64,000 bases of DNA from Diplonema japonicum (taxonomy: Eukaryota > Protista > Euglenozoa: Diplonemea): the NCBI GenBank assembly GCA_964019335.1, contig OZ025672.1:558001-622000 (forward strand), written 5' to 3'. The notes under the pieces are model-generated. The model was given only the letters and a program-made list of their open reading frames with translations. It made no database searches and was not told the DNA's origin. Positions 44,150-56,499 of this stretch are shown here, in pieces. The position numbers and the translations under genes were made by a program. How positions within the stretch are numbered: position 1 is the stretch's first letter; each line of letters begins with the position of its first letter.

Positions 44150-46390
44150 CTAGACCCTACTGAGCAGAGCCTTTGTCCGGATGGCCAGGGTGCGTGCCTT
44201 TATCCAATCCGACTTTTTCGTTCTCGGTGCCATCATAGCTATGGGCCACTTTTCGACGCCCGCCTCAATCAGCTTCTGAATGATGGGAAGGCCCTTGTCA
44301 CAAATGGTCGCCACCCAAGTGATGGCTAAATTTGATGTGAGTCGTATTAAAGCCTGTAGAGCTTTCCTCAAAAGGCGCACATCGTCCCACCCTTTGCACT
44401 GGATGACGGTGAGGATCAGCTTGCCGGCGCCCTGGCTGTAGATGTAGTCCTTGATGAGAGAGTTCGTTGTGGCAGATACGTTGTTGATGATAGCAAGGGA
44501 ACATGTCAATTGTCTGTGATCGTTCATATTCTCGAGAGATCGCTTGACGACGGACGTCACCAGTGCCGGTTGCGACAGCACGATATCGCTCTTGAGGCTC
44601 TTAGTGATTTTCGACAGCGCCGCCAGCGCCCGCAGCACGATTGGGGGATGGTTGTGCAACCTTGTGATGTCCACTAGAGCTCTGTGAGTGTAGGTCAGAG
44701 GGTTGTGTGCTGTACATGTATCTTTCACGATCTTTTCCCATAGCACCAAGTAGGTGAGTACAATGTCACTGTCATGGATGTGCTGCATCACTACCGATGT
44801 CGCGTCGGGGAGGGAAAAGCCTTGTATGAAGTCGCATTGTGTGCCAAGGAACTTCACAGTGTTGCAGCACAGCAGTAGTATGTAAAAAGATATTGTCAAG
44901 TGAGCCTTTCGTTTTGCCAACTGGTGCACCGGAATGTTCTTCAAGTTGCACGTAGCTAACTGTGTGCATTTGCTGCGTTCCAATGAGCAGAGACCAAGCA
45001 CCACTGCCGCAAGCTTCACTGTCTCCTTATTCTCCAGTTGCACCATCAACCAGTTAGCCTTTGTTGTCGAAAGCTTGTGACATGTCACGGCATCCTTTAG
45101 TGCATTATAAGTAACCCGCCACGTCGCGTAGTCTTCTTGGAACCATTTCCTGACAAAAGTCTCCTCCTCCTGTAGCTCCCACACGCAGGCAACCAGTGCA
45201 TAACGGCTGTAAAGCCATGTGCACAGCTTGTCGAAGTGCAGGAGTCTCTCCCCTAGTTCTTCTAAAACAATCCAGCAGTACATCTCATTCTTTGCGATTT
45301 CCACAATTGAATTGTAGCAACCCTGTAATGTGATGGGAGCGGCATCTCGCATGAGGCACAGCGTCGACATCGAGGAATAGTGCAGCACATTAGCAACAGG
45401 CAGCTCTTGTGCCACTACAAGGCGGCTTCTTAGCAAATTACAGTGGACGCTAAATACCACTTGGAAGGTAACGCCAGGAGGGATGATCACCTCCCGCACC
45501 ACGTCTCGCTCATTGGGCTCGAACTTCGGAGACACTTGACCTTTTGGTATGGTCTTCGTGATCCTAGGAGGCGAGATCTTCATGCCCGAGTTCCTGGCAG
45601 GACATAGCAATATGGACAAGTTCTGGCCGTCATTTTCAGGTGCCTGAAAGACATCGCCATGGTGGATGTGAGCCACTACTGACAGGTCTTGCGTTGCTGA
45701 AGTGATGTAATTCCAAGAGATCACCACACCCGGTGCAAAACGTGTCCAGTACTCGTTTGTGACATTGTAAAGCCTTGCGGCCTTTATCACGATGTCTCTA
45801 CCCCCCAAGGGGGGGAATTTTGCTACTGCCTTGTCTAGGTGTTTCTGCAAGTATGCCAGTGAGGTGTCACCTGTGCGTGTAGCGTTGCTCAGCAAGTGGA
45901 TGACTTGGACAGGCAGCGGTACTGGTTCCCCTTTCACCACACCATCACTTGCAGACAGTTTTTCAATGAGAGAAAAAACAGCCTGCTTGCCTGAGAAGGA
46001 GAGGCACAACGGGTACTCTCCCAGCTGCGAGGACGTCAAGCTTAAGAACATCTGTCCTGTGAGGTTCAGGTGCTTTAGCAGTGGGAGCTCTTGGTTCACC
46101 TTCCCATCAATGAGAGGCAAGCACTCACGCAGGGTGCTGGCTGACCAGGTACATGGGTTCTGAAACTCGGGGATGCACAAGATGCAACTCCTATACAACC
46201 ACAGCGCTGCCTCCTCCTGTGCGTTGCCTAAGGACAGCCGTTCCAGTTCAGCAACAAGTCCCTTCCACAACCTCTTTGGCAGTGCGCCTCCCATCCCTCT
46301 CAGCCAATATAGCATTGGCCTTGTGTCCTCCTTGTCACTGTCGCACTTCGTATCAGTGGCAAAGGTGTCGTCACCAATGCCGACGCTCAT
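44150..46390 (-). CDS. SAM domain + degenerate ADP-ribosyltransferase-like domain + helical (ARM-like) region
   Basis: SAM: WSASTLRECL...LNLTGQMFLSLTSSQL..L. ART-like: FAPGVVISWNYITSATQDLSV...REVIIPPGVTFQV. Start uncertain; the frame stays open to 46549. Confidence 0.65.
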   Translation of the reverse strand: MSVGIGDDTFATDTKCDSDKEDTRPMLYWLRGMGGALPKRLWKGLVAELERLSLGNAQEEAALWLYRSCILCIPEFQNPCTWSASTLRECLPLIDGKVNQELPLLKHLNLTGQMFLSLTSSQLGEYPLCLSFSGKQAVFSLIEKLSASDGVVKGEPVPLPVQVIHLLSNATRTGDTSLAYLQKHLDKAVAKFPPLGGRDIVIKAARLYNVTNEYWTRFAPGVVISWNYITSATQDLSVVAHIHHGDVFQAPENDGQNLSILLCPARNSGMKISPPRITKTIPKGQVSPKFEPNERDVVREVIIPPGVTFQVVFSVHCNLLRSRLVVAQELPVANVLHYSSMSTLCLMRDAAPITLQGCYNSIVEIAKNEMYCWIVLEELGERLLHFDKLCTWLYSRYALVACVWELQEEETFVRKWFQEDYATWRVTYNALKDAVTCHKLSTTKANWLMVQLENKETVKLAAVVLGLCSLERSKCTQLATCNLKNIPVHQLAKRKAHLTISFYILLLCCNTVKFLGTQCDFIQGFSLPDATSVVMQHIHDSDIVLTYLVLWEKIVKDTCTAHNPLTYTHRALVDITRLHNHPPIVLRALAALSKITKSLKSDIVLSQPALVTSVVKRSLENMNDHRQLTCSLAIINNVSATTNSLIKDYIYSQGAGKLILTVIQCKGWDDVRLLRKALQALIRLTSNLAITWVATICDKGLPIIQKLIEAGVEKWPIAMMAPRTKKSDWIKARTLAIRTKALLSRV

Positions 46391-46600
46391 GCACGCAGTG
46401 ATACTCCTCACCGCTGCCCTCCATTCTGCTGATTCCTTGTTGATATCTATTGTTCCCTCCTCCTGAATGGTTAAATAACTGGTACTGATCCGAGCAAAAG
46501 ATAGGACTGTATTTAGGCAATTAACACTGCGCTCCTTAGTAGCGAACACTGCGATTAGGTGCTACGATGGAGGGCCACCGCTCGGAGAGGATGACGCTGT

Positions 46601-47632
46601 CTATTTCTTTCTCTTCTTAGGTGCCTTCTTCTCTTGATTGACCCGGATGGGCTGCTCCGTTGCCTCGGGTTCCTTCCTTTTAACCTGTTTAGGGGTTTTC
46701 TTTCTGAGTGCTTTCCTCTTTTTAGCGTTCATGTTTTTGAGTTGCTTCTTTTCATTTCTCTTTATTTCCTCTTCCATCTTTGCTTCTTCGATCTCCTTCA
46801 CCTGACGTAGCGAGCTTTCTTTGAACCTAGCTGCAAAGCCCTTTGTTCTCACAGCGGGCACCGACTCGATGAGATCCTTGAGCCTTGCAAACAAAGTAAA
46901 GAAGTCTTCGGCAGGAAGCCACATGCAGGTACCCAATGAGGGGAAACTGAGCTCACGGGTGTAATGGTCCCCAAGAAGTGAAAAGGACACAGTGCTAAAG
47001 GGCTGGCGAGGTGTGCCGTTAACTTTGTAAATAAGTGACGACTTCTTCTTCACAATCTCGATCTTAGCATGCGGGTTGAGGGGCGCCATGGCGGGGATAC
47101 TGAACGAGACGCTTGTCACGGACTCGGCACAGGGTGGCACAGGAACCCACACTGTGGCCTCTCGCTTAAAAAGGATCTCGAGTTTTACAAGAGACTTCAC
47201 GAGGGGTTCAGCTTCTGCCAGCGTGCTTACAGGCGTGCCGTTGATCATTGTCATCTTCCAACCAATGAGGTCGTGGGCTCCCTCTCGGTCGGCCACCGTA
47301 CCAGGTGACACACCTTCAAGGGTCAGGTTCCCCGTCTCAGCGAAGTTGAGCCCTAACCTATCGTCCACACCTTGTCGCTGGATCTCCAGTGAGGCGTGTT
47401 CGTCACAGCTCTCTTCCTCTTCCTCCTCCTCGTCCTCTTCCTCCTCATCGTCCTCTTCCTCGCACAACTCCAGGTTCTCAGGCTTGATCTTCAGCTGTTC
47501 CTCACCTACCTCGACGATCACCCTGCCGCTCGCCTCGTCCATTCCGAGTACCTCCCCCACAGCCCCGTTGATGTCCTGCCTCTTCACCATGCCCTGTATC
47601 AGGACGCTGTCACCTGGTTCCAGTGTAGTCAT
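46601..47632 (-). CDS. Protein with KOW-like and PDZ-like domains and Lys-rich tail
   Basis: LEPGDSVLIQGM..INGAVGEV..LKIKPENL; LGLNF...GVSPGTVADREG..IGWKMTMINGTPV. Confidence 0.7.
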   Translation of the reverse strand: MTTLEPGDSVLIQGMVKRQDINGAVGEVLGMDEASGRVIVEVGEEQLKIKPENLELCEEEDDEEEEDEEEEEEESCDEHASLEIQRQGVDDRLGLNFAETGNLTLEGVSPGTVADREGAHDLIGWKMTMINGTPVSTLAEAEPLVKSLVKLEILFKREATVWVPVPPCAESVTSVSFSIPAMAPLNPHAKIEIVKKKSSLIYKVNGTPRQPFSTVSFSLLGDHYTRELSFPSLGTCMWLPAEDFFTLFARLKDLIESVPAVRTKGFAARFKESSLRQVKEIEEAKMEEEIKRNEKKQLKNMNAKKRKALRKKTPKQVKRKEPEATEQPIRVNQEKKAPKKRKK

Positions 47633-47857
47633 ATTAACAGTGCTTCTGGTATGTCGTGATGTCTTGTCCCTGAAAAAGTACAACAGGAAGTGGTTTGCAA
47701 GTCTGTGCGGCCAGTGCCTCTCAGCTTATCCTTCCAATGTCAGCCCTCCGAGCAAACGTTGCTCAGAAACAAAGAGTACAGACCAGCAAGAGAAGGCAAC
47801 CGACCGCGACAGGCAGCAAACACTTAGTGCCAATACCAAGTATGTACCTGATGGCTA

Positions 47858-48613
47858 CTAAAGGGGGAGGGGAACCTGAGCTTCAACTTGCTCTGGAGAT
47901 AGACCGAATTGTAACATTAATTTTTGACGCTGTGCAAGGATTTTCTTTTTGCTCCTCCTTAGACACTTGCAAGTGGGGGACTGAGACGGAGGTTGAGGTG
48001 GCGTGCCAGGGGTCACAAGGCCGTGCTCTTTTTGTATTCCGGATTTTGTTCTTCCAAGAAAAAAGGACGCGCCCGTTGACCCCTCGTCACGCGACCATAG
48101 CCTGCCGTCGTAGACTCCGATCACTACCGTCTTTCTGCCCCGCAATGCTCCTTTAGTGTAAACCAACTCGTCACCTGACTTGAAGCCAAACTTACTGCAA
48201 ACGTGTGGTGAGGCATCCACACTCACAACCGAGCCAGTTGTAAGGAGCGTGTCGATAAAAGCCACAGACGCTTCCAGCTGTTCTCTGTCGCTTGCGAGCT
48301 GGTGTTGGTACTCTTCCTCGTTCTGTCATTGCGAGTGGTTACTTCATTTAGCATACCACTAAGCCGTACGCCCCGAGCAGTCCTTCGTTCCCAATACCGC
48401 AGAAAAAGGTTGCTTCGTTCTGGCCATCATCGATGCTCCAAAGTTTCCCATCTCTTACACCTGCTACCACCGTGGTCGTGCCCTTGAGGGACCCCTTCGT
48501 GTACCGCAGCCTGCGTGGTTTATTACAACTAATGTGACATACCTCTCACCTGCTTTAAACCCGTACACCCGCTCACAGCTATCTGTCTCGAAAACTCCGG
48601 AGGCGACAGGCAT
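47858..48613 (-). CDS. Hypothetical protein with duplicated SH3/KOW-like module (at least 3 exons)
   Basis: After splicing, YGFKAGERLRYTKGSLKGTTTVVAGVRDGKLWS and FGFKSGDELVYTKGALRGRKTVVIGVYDGRLWS. The 3' end is uncertain. Confidence 0.7.
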
Positions 48614-48935
48614 TGTCCTGAATGGTACTAACGTGGTTGCAGCTAAGAAAACAATATATGTTAAGAAGAATAAATAAACCTTGGCGATGATATTGAGCGT
48701 GAAGCGCCACACTTCAAGAAACAAGGAAGGAGTGGTTGGTCTCTTATGTTTGACCGCTGGTGGATTTATTATTAAGTGCTAGTATGTGCTCCCCAAGTGC
48801 TTGGGTCGTAATGGCACAGGGCCACTTTTGTGTCTGCAGTTGCACAGGGTTGTGCTGCATTATCTGAGAGAACTGACACTAACAAGGGGATTAAGGGTGT
48901 AATTTCGGTATCACTTTGTGAGGGGTCTGGTCCGA

Positions 48936-50091
48936 TCATTGCTGGCGGGACTCCACACCTGCGTCGGTATTGACAACAAGAGCAGGGCTCTCTGGGTCGT
49001 CGAGGGCGGAGTCAGCACGTTCTCTCTCCTTCTTCTCTTTCATGGCCTGGTTGGAGGAGGCGTTCACGTTGACTATGGTGTAGAGCAGGCCACCGAGAAG
49101 TGCTGCAGTATGTTGTGTGGGACTGTGCATGCATACCAAGGAAGATGCCGAATGCACCGTAGGCGGTAGGGTACTGATCAAACACCCACATGCTGATGAT
49201 TGCTAAGGGGACTTTGTTCAGAGCACCGACGACGCTGTATGTGGTGGGCGACGTCATTCTCATGCACCAGAACGAAGACATCGTCATGATAGCACCGACA
49301 AACATCATCAAGCATAGCCAGAGCTTCAACATGTCTGTGTATCGTTTATATTGGCAGCACTATTTTGTTCATACCATTGCTGACTTCCAGCTTTTCCTTC
49401 CAAACGGGGGCACTGTAAAGTGTTGGGAAGATCAAGGGGGGCAGCGCCAAGAGATTGTTGTAGTACACAGGCCCCCAACGACCAAGAGTCTTCTTAGCCT
49501 CATTGAGCATGCCCTTCATGTACAGCTGGTACCCGGTGGTGAACCCAACGTTCGCGAAGTTCCAGAAGAGTCCCCACGGAGTGACCCACTTGTCTTGCTG
49601 AGCCCCTACGAAAGAACCAAAGATCATAAGCAAGAAAGACAACAGGACCCACTTGTCTAAGTAGTGGCCGTACAGGATGTTGTCACTGTGTTGCGTGTGT
49701 GGTTGTGCTGTGCATACCCAACTGCAATGAATATGAGTGCGAAGTTTTTGATCAGCAAAGTTATACTAACGCTCATCGTGCGCAAGCCAAGCATGGACGT
49801 GCCGAGCATCCCGACAAAGAGACCAGTGAGGGGAAGCCATTTTAGGATAAGCTGCTTGCTCATGTTGGGAAATTCAACTATACCCCTGTTCTTGAGGACA
49901 GCCACCAGCACGAAGGCCGATAGAGACTGAAAGAACAGTAGCGCAGAGGGAAAGTTGAACTGATGTGTATCCATAACTAACTTATTAAGAATCACCATGG
50001 ATATCGAGCATGTGCTGTAAGCTGCCACAGACAGCGCAGTCTCGACAACTGCGGCCTTCCCAAGCGATACCACCAACGTGTCGATCCCCAT
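48936..50091 (-). CDS. GDP-mannose / nucleotide-sugar transporter (LPG2/VRG4-like, 4 exons)
   Basis: YSTCSISMVILNK, YYNNLLALP, WCMRMTSPTTYSVVGALNKVP (GALNK motif); three short GT-AG introns. Confidence 0.9.
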
Positions 50092-50254
50092 TTTATTTTT
50101 GTATTCTGGTAAAAACTGAAATAATGAGAAATGGTAAATATCATTACTGCATGTTTACACGTCTGAGGCCTACAGCAGTGTGTATGCTAGAGAGGGAAAG
50201 CGTGTGTTACTAGGGCCGGAAGGCCCATGGATTTAATACTGTTGCTGTGATTAC

Positions 50255-52925
50255 TTATTTTAGACTATTGCAAGCAAGTTGCAGGTCGTAGTCGGCACGC
50301 AGCTTCCCATCTGTCAACACCGTGCGTGCCTGTGAGGTGCTTGTATTGTTGGTCAGCATACCTCTCCTATCTCTTTGAACAATTTTTCGTTCAAGTTGCG
50401 TGTGTCGACGTTGTGGCACCTGTCTGGGTGGTATTTCAAAGCCAGGTCCTTGTACTTCCTCATCACTGTTGGTGCATCAGCATTTCTGTCGAGCCCCATA
50501 ATCCTATAGTAGTTGTTGCTGCTTGTGTGTGAAGCAGCGGCAGGGAAGTTGTTGATGAAGTTCGTGTTGCTAATGCTCCCCTGGCTGTGGTGTCTTCTTG
50601 CACCTGCAGACGACGGGCGTGACCCTGCCGCGGAGGAAGGCCTGGACGATGACCTTAGAGAGTCTCTCTTTCTTTGTACTTCACGCAGCTCTGACAAGTA
50701 CGAAGGATTTAGTTGTGCCGCTAGCTCTAGATCACGCACTGCGGCGTCTAAGTTGCCCAGATCCTGATAGGCATGGCTCCTTCTGGCGTAGGCCTTAACG
50801 TTGGTACAGTCCTCGTTGATGGCTGCTGTACAGTCTTTGATTGCCTCGCTGGGATTGCCCATCATCAGGAGGGCGGCAGCCCTGTTGTTGAAGGTGACGC
50901 TCTTCAGCCTGTGGTTAGCGGGGTCGAGGTGCAGGCATTGAGTGTAATACTGGTACGCTTCACTCCACTTGCCAGATCGGTAATTCGCAGAGGCTTCCCT
51001 ATTATTCACTTCAAAAGAGTTCACAAATCTCAAAAGTTGGGTTGCCTCCTTGTGGTCTGGAGAGTACTTCAGTGCTTCCTTCAAACGCTGTGCCGCTGCT
51101 GAGACATACAAGTGTCCCGAGAAGAAAGACGCCCTTCCAAGTAGCGTGAGCTGGTCAGATAGTGTTGATGGGTTGATCCCCAGCTCGTTGTTGACCAGCG
51201 TCTTGTCAACTTGCTTCTGTGTGATGCTCACCATGTGCCCTAGCTCCACTCTAGCCATCACAGGGTCAACGTAGGTCAGCGCCCACAATCTGAGCTGCTG
51301 CAATGCTTCTTCCTTAACACTCTCCCCGGCAAGCTCGGCATAATGAAGAGCATCCGCCCACTTCCCCTGGTCGGCGGTGTTCTTGCACTGTTCAACGAAT
51401 GTCACAGCCTTCAAGTCACTGTCGATCTTCTCCTCCATCCCTGTCAGTTCGCTGTCGCTGCGGTCGGCGTTCTGCTGCCTGACCAGCTGCAGAGCTGTGT
51501 GATAGTACCTCCTTGCGGCCCTGGGCTGATACTGAAGCAGCAGGGCCTTGCCTGCCCTGAAGTGTGCTTTTGCATAAAGAGGGTCAACATGGATGGCGGC
51601 CTGGCAGTCGGTGAGACATTTGTCGAAGTAACCCAGCATCAAATATGCAGCTGCCCTGTTACAGTGTACAGTCGCATTCCAAATATCGATCTTCAGTGCC
51701 TTGTTGTAGCACTGTACGGCCTCCGCGTATTTCCTGCATTGGTAGGCTGCATTGCCTTCTGTTTTGAGTTTCTGAACTTGAATAGCGTTACGCTGCTGTG
51801 TTTCTAAGTCACCCACTTGGATGTCAGTGGGTGAGTGCGGTTCTATTGGCGTGAGAGCTCTTGTGTCAGCAGAGGGTAACTCGCTCTGTGAAACCGGCAC
51901 TGCCGTGTTGGCGACTTCCTTCACAGAAGTGAACCAGTCCTTTTCCTCAAGGACTTCTTTGACAATGCTCTCTGTTCTGGTGATGCTGGCGCTTTTCGGT
52001 CTCGGTGGGAGATCTGATTTCCTATTCGTGTTCTTCTCTTTGTCCCTCTCCCTCTCGTGTTCCCTGTTCTCCTCGGCGATTGCAAGATCTGCGATGAAAT
52101 CATCCAAGCCCTCCTTGAAGCCCTCTTCCCTTTCCTTCATACGCTTTTGCTTGAAAATGTGTAATAATTCTGCATGTCTCAGCTGTTTTTGAGTGTCATG
52201 CTGTTGTTTCCAGTTCTCCTTCACCCACGATGATTGCTTTTCCTTAATCTTTTGGTCGAGTTCCTTCCTACGTTCCGTGTCCTCCTGGTGCTTAGGGGTT
52301 TCCTTGTCGCCTTCAATGGTTTTGTAGCCCTGTCCCTGCCCTTGCTGACCCTGTCCGTCGGCCGTTTTGAACACTTTACTGCGATCAAGCAAGTCCTTCT
52401 TGCATTTGACAATCTCCCTTTCCAATGTTGATGGTGGCGGGTTGTTCGCGGACCACACTCCTGTAGATGTGTCCGTGTCCGCCTTTGAAGTAGTTAACGT
52501 GCCAAGCACCTTGCGGCGGGGCTTTGCACTGGCCTGGCTTTCTGTCTCTCTCGACCTATCTGGACCCCTCTGAGGTGTTGGCGTACTCACTGATGGCTGC
52601 GGTGATGGTGAAACGCCATTCCTCCATTTCCTTGCCCACGAACTCCCCTGCTGTCTGCCAGGGAGTGGTGTGCCTGCAGATCTTAAGCGCCTCCTTTCAG
52701 TCGAATTCAAAGAAAACGTTGACAGCATGTGGTCGAAGCCCTGTGCTGTGTCCACGGAACTAGTACACATACCGCAGTTGTGCCTCGTCGTGTCCCACGC
52801 CTCGTCCTGTCAGCTGATGGCCTTCTCGGCACCGACTTCTGTTGAAATATGTCAACGTGAATACACAATACCTGGCCAAGGTCTCGTGAAGTCTGGCCCC
52901 ATTTGTAAAGGATATCACTCGGCAT
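50255..52925 (-). CDS. DNAJC7/TPR2-like TPR plus J-domain co-chaperone with long N-terminal extension
   Basis: TPRs (LKTEGNAAY, NRAAAYLMLG, KAYARRS) and J domain NYYRIMGL...LALKYHPDR...FKEIGE|ARTVLTD...YD. Short introns near both ends. Confidence 0.88.
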
Positions 52926-53244
52926 CACTCACAACATATTCCTGGGTGCTTACTATCATCGGAGGGTGCCGTTATTTGACAACAACTTAAACAGAATGTG
53001 CAAGAGCACTAATGATCTATACAAAGAGTGCGAACAACAGTTAACCAGCACAACACAAACTTATGTCGCTGGCCTGTCGCAGCATTGCCAGTTCATAGTC
53101 GTTAACTACCACGAGCAACATGCTGAGTGCCTTTAGTCTTCCGTGTAAGTGCTAACTAGCAGCATTCGCCTGTGGTAGGCAAGCTGTCCGGCAATCAAAT
53201 GCCCGATTTGCTGGTTGCGGCAGAGACAAGAAAAAAGCACCAAA

Positions 53245-55146
53245 TTACAACAAGCCCCCCACATCGTATCCTACTCTTGCAAGCTCAAGGATCTTATCTA
53301 GTCTTTCGTTCTCTTCTTGTTTTGCACGTATCTGCATTAGTGTCATACTATTACTGTTGCATACTACAGAAATTTGGTCCTCCTTACTCCGGGGTCTTTC
53401 GTGTGGCTGTGGCGATTCTTTTGTTATATTCAGTTCTTTTAATAACTCTGAAGGCGGCGGTGCCAAGGGGGACATGCTCCTCTGGGGGGAGCCAATGAGA
53501 GGGGAGGGACTGCCTTTAATTGACATGACGATGCTGCCTGTTTGTGTATCGAGGATAACACCGCTCTGATGGGGGTTGGGTATTACAGGCGGTGAATAGA
53601 AGGGTGACGAGGCATTATATTCCGAACCCCGTGGAGAGCCTTGGTGCACGGTGCTGACCGTGGTGTTGCTGGTATCGGCAGGAAGCAGGGGGGTGAGGTG
53701 AGACGGTGAAGTTAGCTGGTTGGGGCTACCGCCCATTCCGAAAACCCCTCTATAGTGTGAATAGCTGATTTCTATGTCAACAGGCTTTTCCAAGTCTTTT
53801 ACCCTTGGGCTTGGCACCTTCTTTGCAAGGGGTGGCAGAGGTGGTGCTGCTTCCACAGCGATGGGGGTTGTTCTTCCTGATTCACCGGAGAGCTGCCTTT
53901 CCTGTACTCTCTTAAGCAACCCCGGTGCTGGAGCCGGTGCTTGCCCTGGACCGAGAGCAGGTGATGCTGCAGACTCAGGAGACGTACCTGCCTTAAGGGC
54001 TGGTTTTGGGAAACTCGGTGCCATTTCTTGATCCATGGGTCTGGCGCGTAGTTCATCATCAAATGTAGGCTGTTGCTTCCCCTTGCAGTACATGTACAGC
54101 ACGTACAAAACACAGAGCACTACCAGGACGGCAACAAGAGGGATGATGATGTACAACACAATACTTTCATCATCTGAACTCGAAATGTTGTCGGGCAGTG
54201 TCAGGGTCAGTGAGTTCGACGCAGTGTTGACAGCTGGCTGCGTTGGTGGTTGGACTGGTGGCAGTACTGGTGGCTGAAGTGTGTCTTCGCTCATAGTGAA
54301 GATTCTGTCTATGGTGCCAAAGGCGTACACCGTCCCTGACAGTGCTGCGACGGACTTGGTGGCGTTCTCGGGCAGATCAAATCTATCAACAAAGCGAAGA
54401 GAGCTGGAAAGCCTGTGTGCAGCGCTTCCGCTGACTATGACAACAAGGTCTTCTCCAGGGACAACGCTGATAGCGTCCACCTGAACGTCATATGTAGCAG
54501 AAGACACATATTGGTCAAGTAAAGTGAGGTTGCCGCTCTTTGTGATAGCAAGCAGGGTAGTGTTGCTGTTGGTGTAGAGCTGCGTAAAAGGCGTGCCCGC
54601 AACATTGTAGGTCTGGATCGTTGCCGTGTCGAAGTCGTACAAACTGAGGGAAGTTGAATCGGAAAAATAAACACTGGAACCTGAAGCAGCAGCAAGTGCG
54701 GTTACATTGGGAAGGGGAGAGGACAGATAGACTGGGTCGGCAGAGGAATTGGAAAGATTGAGTAGAACAAGAAAGCTATCAACGAGAGCGAAAAGCATTT
54801 GGCTGTCTTCATCAATTGTTACATCTTGTATTGTATCGCTCAAGGTTAAGTCTCGTTGCAACACAGGTGTGGTTGGGGAAGCAGTCTCAAGGATCACAAG
54901 GTGGTCCGACTCATAAGCGGCAACGTATCCCTCTACAGACACACCACTGCTGACGGGCCCCGTTTGAATATTCATTCCTTCGCTAAGTTGTCCGTTATTG
55001 TCCACACTGAATACACTAATGCTCTGCTCTTTCACGGCATACAGTGTACCCTTTCCCACACTCACAACATCCCGCAACCCACTCACCGCAGTGTTGTCCC
55101 TTTCGGTGACTTCTGCCAAAACTGCAACAACTAGTAACACATGCAT
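53245..55146 (-). CDS. Type I membrane protein with beta-propeller-like ectodomain and Pro/Ser-rich tail
   Basis: Short signal peptide, beta-rich repeats, TM helix IVLYIIIPLVAVLVVLCVLYVLYMYC. Confidence 0.75.
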   Translation of the reverse strand: MHVLLVVAVLAEVTERDNTAVSGLRDVVSVGKGTLYAVKEQSISVFSVDNNGQLSEGMNIQTGPVSSGVSVEGYVAAYESDHLVILETASPTTPVLQRDLTLSDTIQDVTIDEDSQMLFALVDSFLVLLNLSNSSADPVYLSSPLPNVTALAAASGSSVYFSDSTSLSLYDFDTATIQTYNVAGTPFTQLYTNSNTTLLAITKSGNLTLLDQYVSSATYDVQVDAISVVPGEDLVVIVSGSAAHRLSSSLRFVDRFDLPENATKSVAALSGTVYAFGTIDRIFTMSEDTLQPPVLPPVQPPTQPAVNTASNSLTLTLPDNISSSDDESIVLYIIIPLVAVLVVLCVLYVLYMYCKGKQQPTFDDELRARPMDQEMAPSFPKPALKAGTSPESAASPALGPGQAPAPAPGLLKRVQERQLSGESGRTTPIAVEAAPPLPPLAKKVPSPRVKDLEKPVDIEISYSHYRGVFGMGGSPNQLTSPSHLTPLLPADTSNTTVSTVHQGSPRGSEYNASSPFYSPPVIPNPHQSGVILDTQTGSIVMSIKGSPSPLIGSPQRSMSPLAPPPSELLKELNITKESPQPHERPRSKEDQISVVCNSNSMTLMQIRAKQEENERLDKILELARVGYDVGGLL

Positions 55147-55226
55147 CCCCTGGAGTGATAGTAATGACTTCTGTAAATTACAACAACATAACAGTAATTG
55201 CCTATAGCACCCTTACAGGCGGTGTA

Positions 55227-56499
55227 TCAGCCGTCAAGCGACGTCTTGAGCTCATCCAAAAAGAAGCTTGCTGCCTTTTTCGCGGAACTACCTTCCCAAA
55301 TATATACTTGCCCTGCTTTTAGGTCAGGCGAAAGGTCAGGGTCCGCCTCTCCGAGCAAACACACTCCTGTCGTCCTCAACAGGCCCCTTATTATCCCACC
55401 TGCACCGGAGGCGCCTGTCACTAAACAGCCTATCACAGGCCCTTTTCCAAACAGCGCACTCCTCTGTTTGAATTGCTTCCCGAACTTGCTACGTTCAGTA
55501 AATAACTTCTCTAAACTGGTGTCATCTATGGCCCCAAACTCCCTTGTTGCAGCAAGGTCCAGCGCCTTCCCCCCATAGCCGCCCTATTGTGATGGTTAAT
55601 TGCTGGTTCTGAATTCGCATACCGAGAAATGTCCTGTGACAAGGCTAGCTACATGGCCCAACGAGGGACTGAATAGCACGAAGCACCCATCGTCCTTCCT
55701 AATGCCAGAAGTGAGGGGCACCATAACCTGTTCAGAAACCTCTCCCTCACCGTCAAGTTCCTTCAGCATATTTTTCCAGGGCCTGTCTTGCATGGACATG
55801 ATGTCGTCAGGTGTGGTGCTCACAGGCAGAACCTTAGGGGCAGACCCTGTCCCGAAGTCATCATAGTTGTACCATCCATTGTCAAACAAGGAGAGTTGAC
55901 ACCGAGAAAACTGAGCTGTATATGTTCTGCATATTTTGTACCCACTACATACTTGGGAGCTGGAAATAGTTCAAGTTCCAACAGGCAACAGAGAGACCTT
56001 TGCAGCACTCAAGCACTGCTCTCCGTGGGACGTACATCATGAGCTTCGTGTCATTACATTGGTAGAGTCTCACCTGAGAGGCTGCAAGGATAAAACGGTT
56101 ATTCTTGGAGTTCCTGATAAAGACAGACCCCACGCAGGGTGCGATGAAAAACCTGCAGTTCTCGCAGTTGTCGATCTGAACCTGTGACGTGATGTCTAGC
56201 ACGTAGAAGTCGCACCCGTTGCACTTGTCGAAAGTGATGTCGTAGCCATCAAGCTCGCCTGGCATCCACACCCTGGTCTCCCCTTCTAGCTCCACCGAGT
56301 TCAAATGCTTTTCCATCTTCGCTCTCCCCTCAGCAGCTGTCTCGCCTTCCTCTCTGAACCTTGCAATGAACTCATCCTTGCCAGGGCCCTTCCACCTCTT
56401 CTCCTCCACGCAGTCATACGACCATTTGAACTGCCTCCTGTCTCTGCCCTTTTCCGCTTTTTCGAGTTCATCTTTATCTTTGGAGCCAAGGCAGCCCAT
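55227..56499 (-). CDS. RP2: RP2/XRP2-like TBCC-domain protein (3 exons)
   Basis: MGC acylation motif; PGELDG..FDKCNGC..LDITSQVQIDNCENCRFFIAPCVGSVFIRN; QFSRCQLSLFDNGW...DF; IGC...A. Confidence 0.85.
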
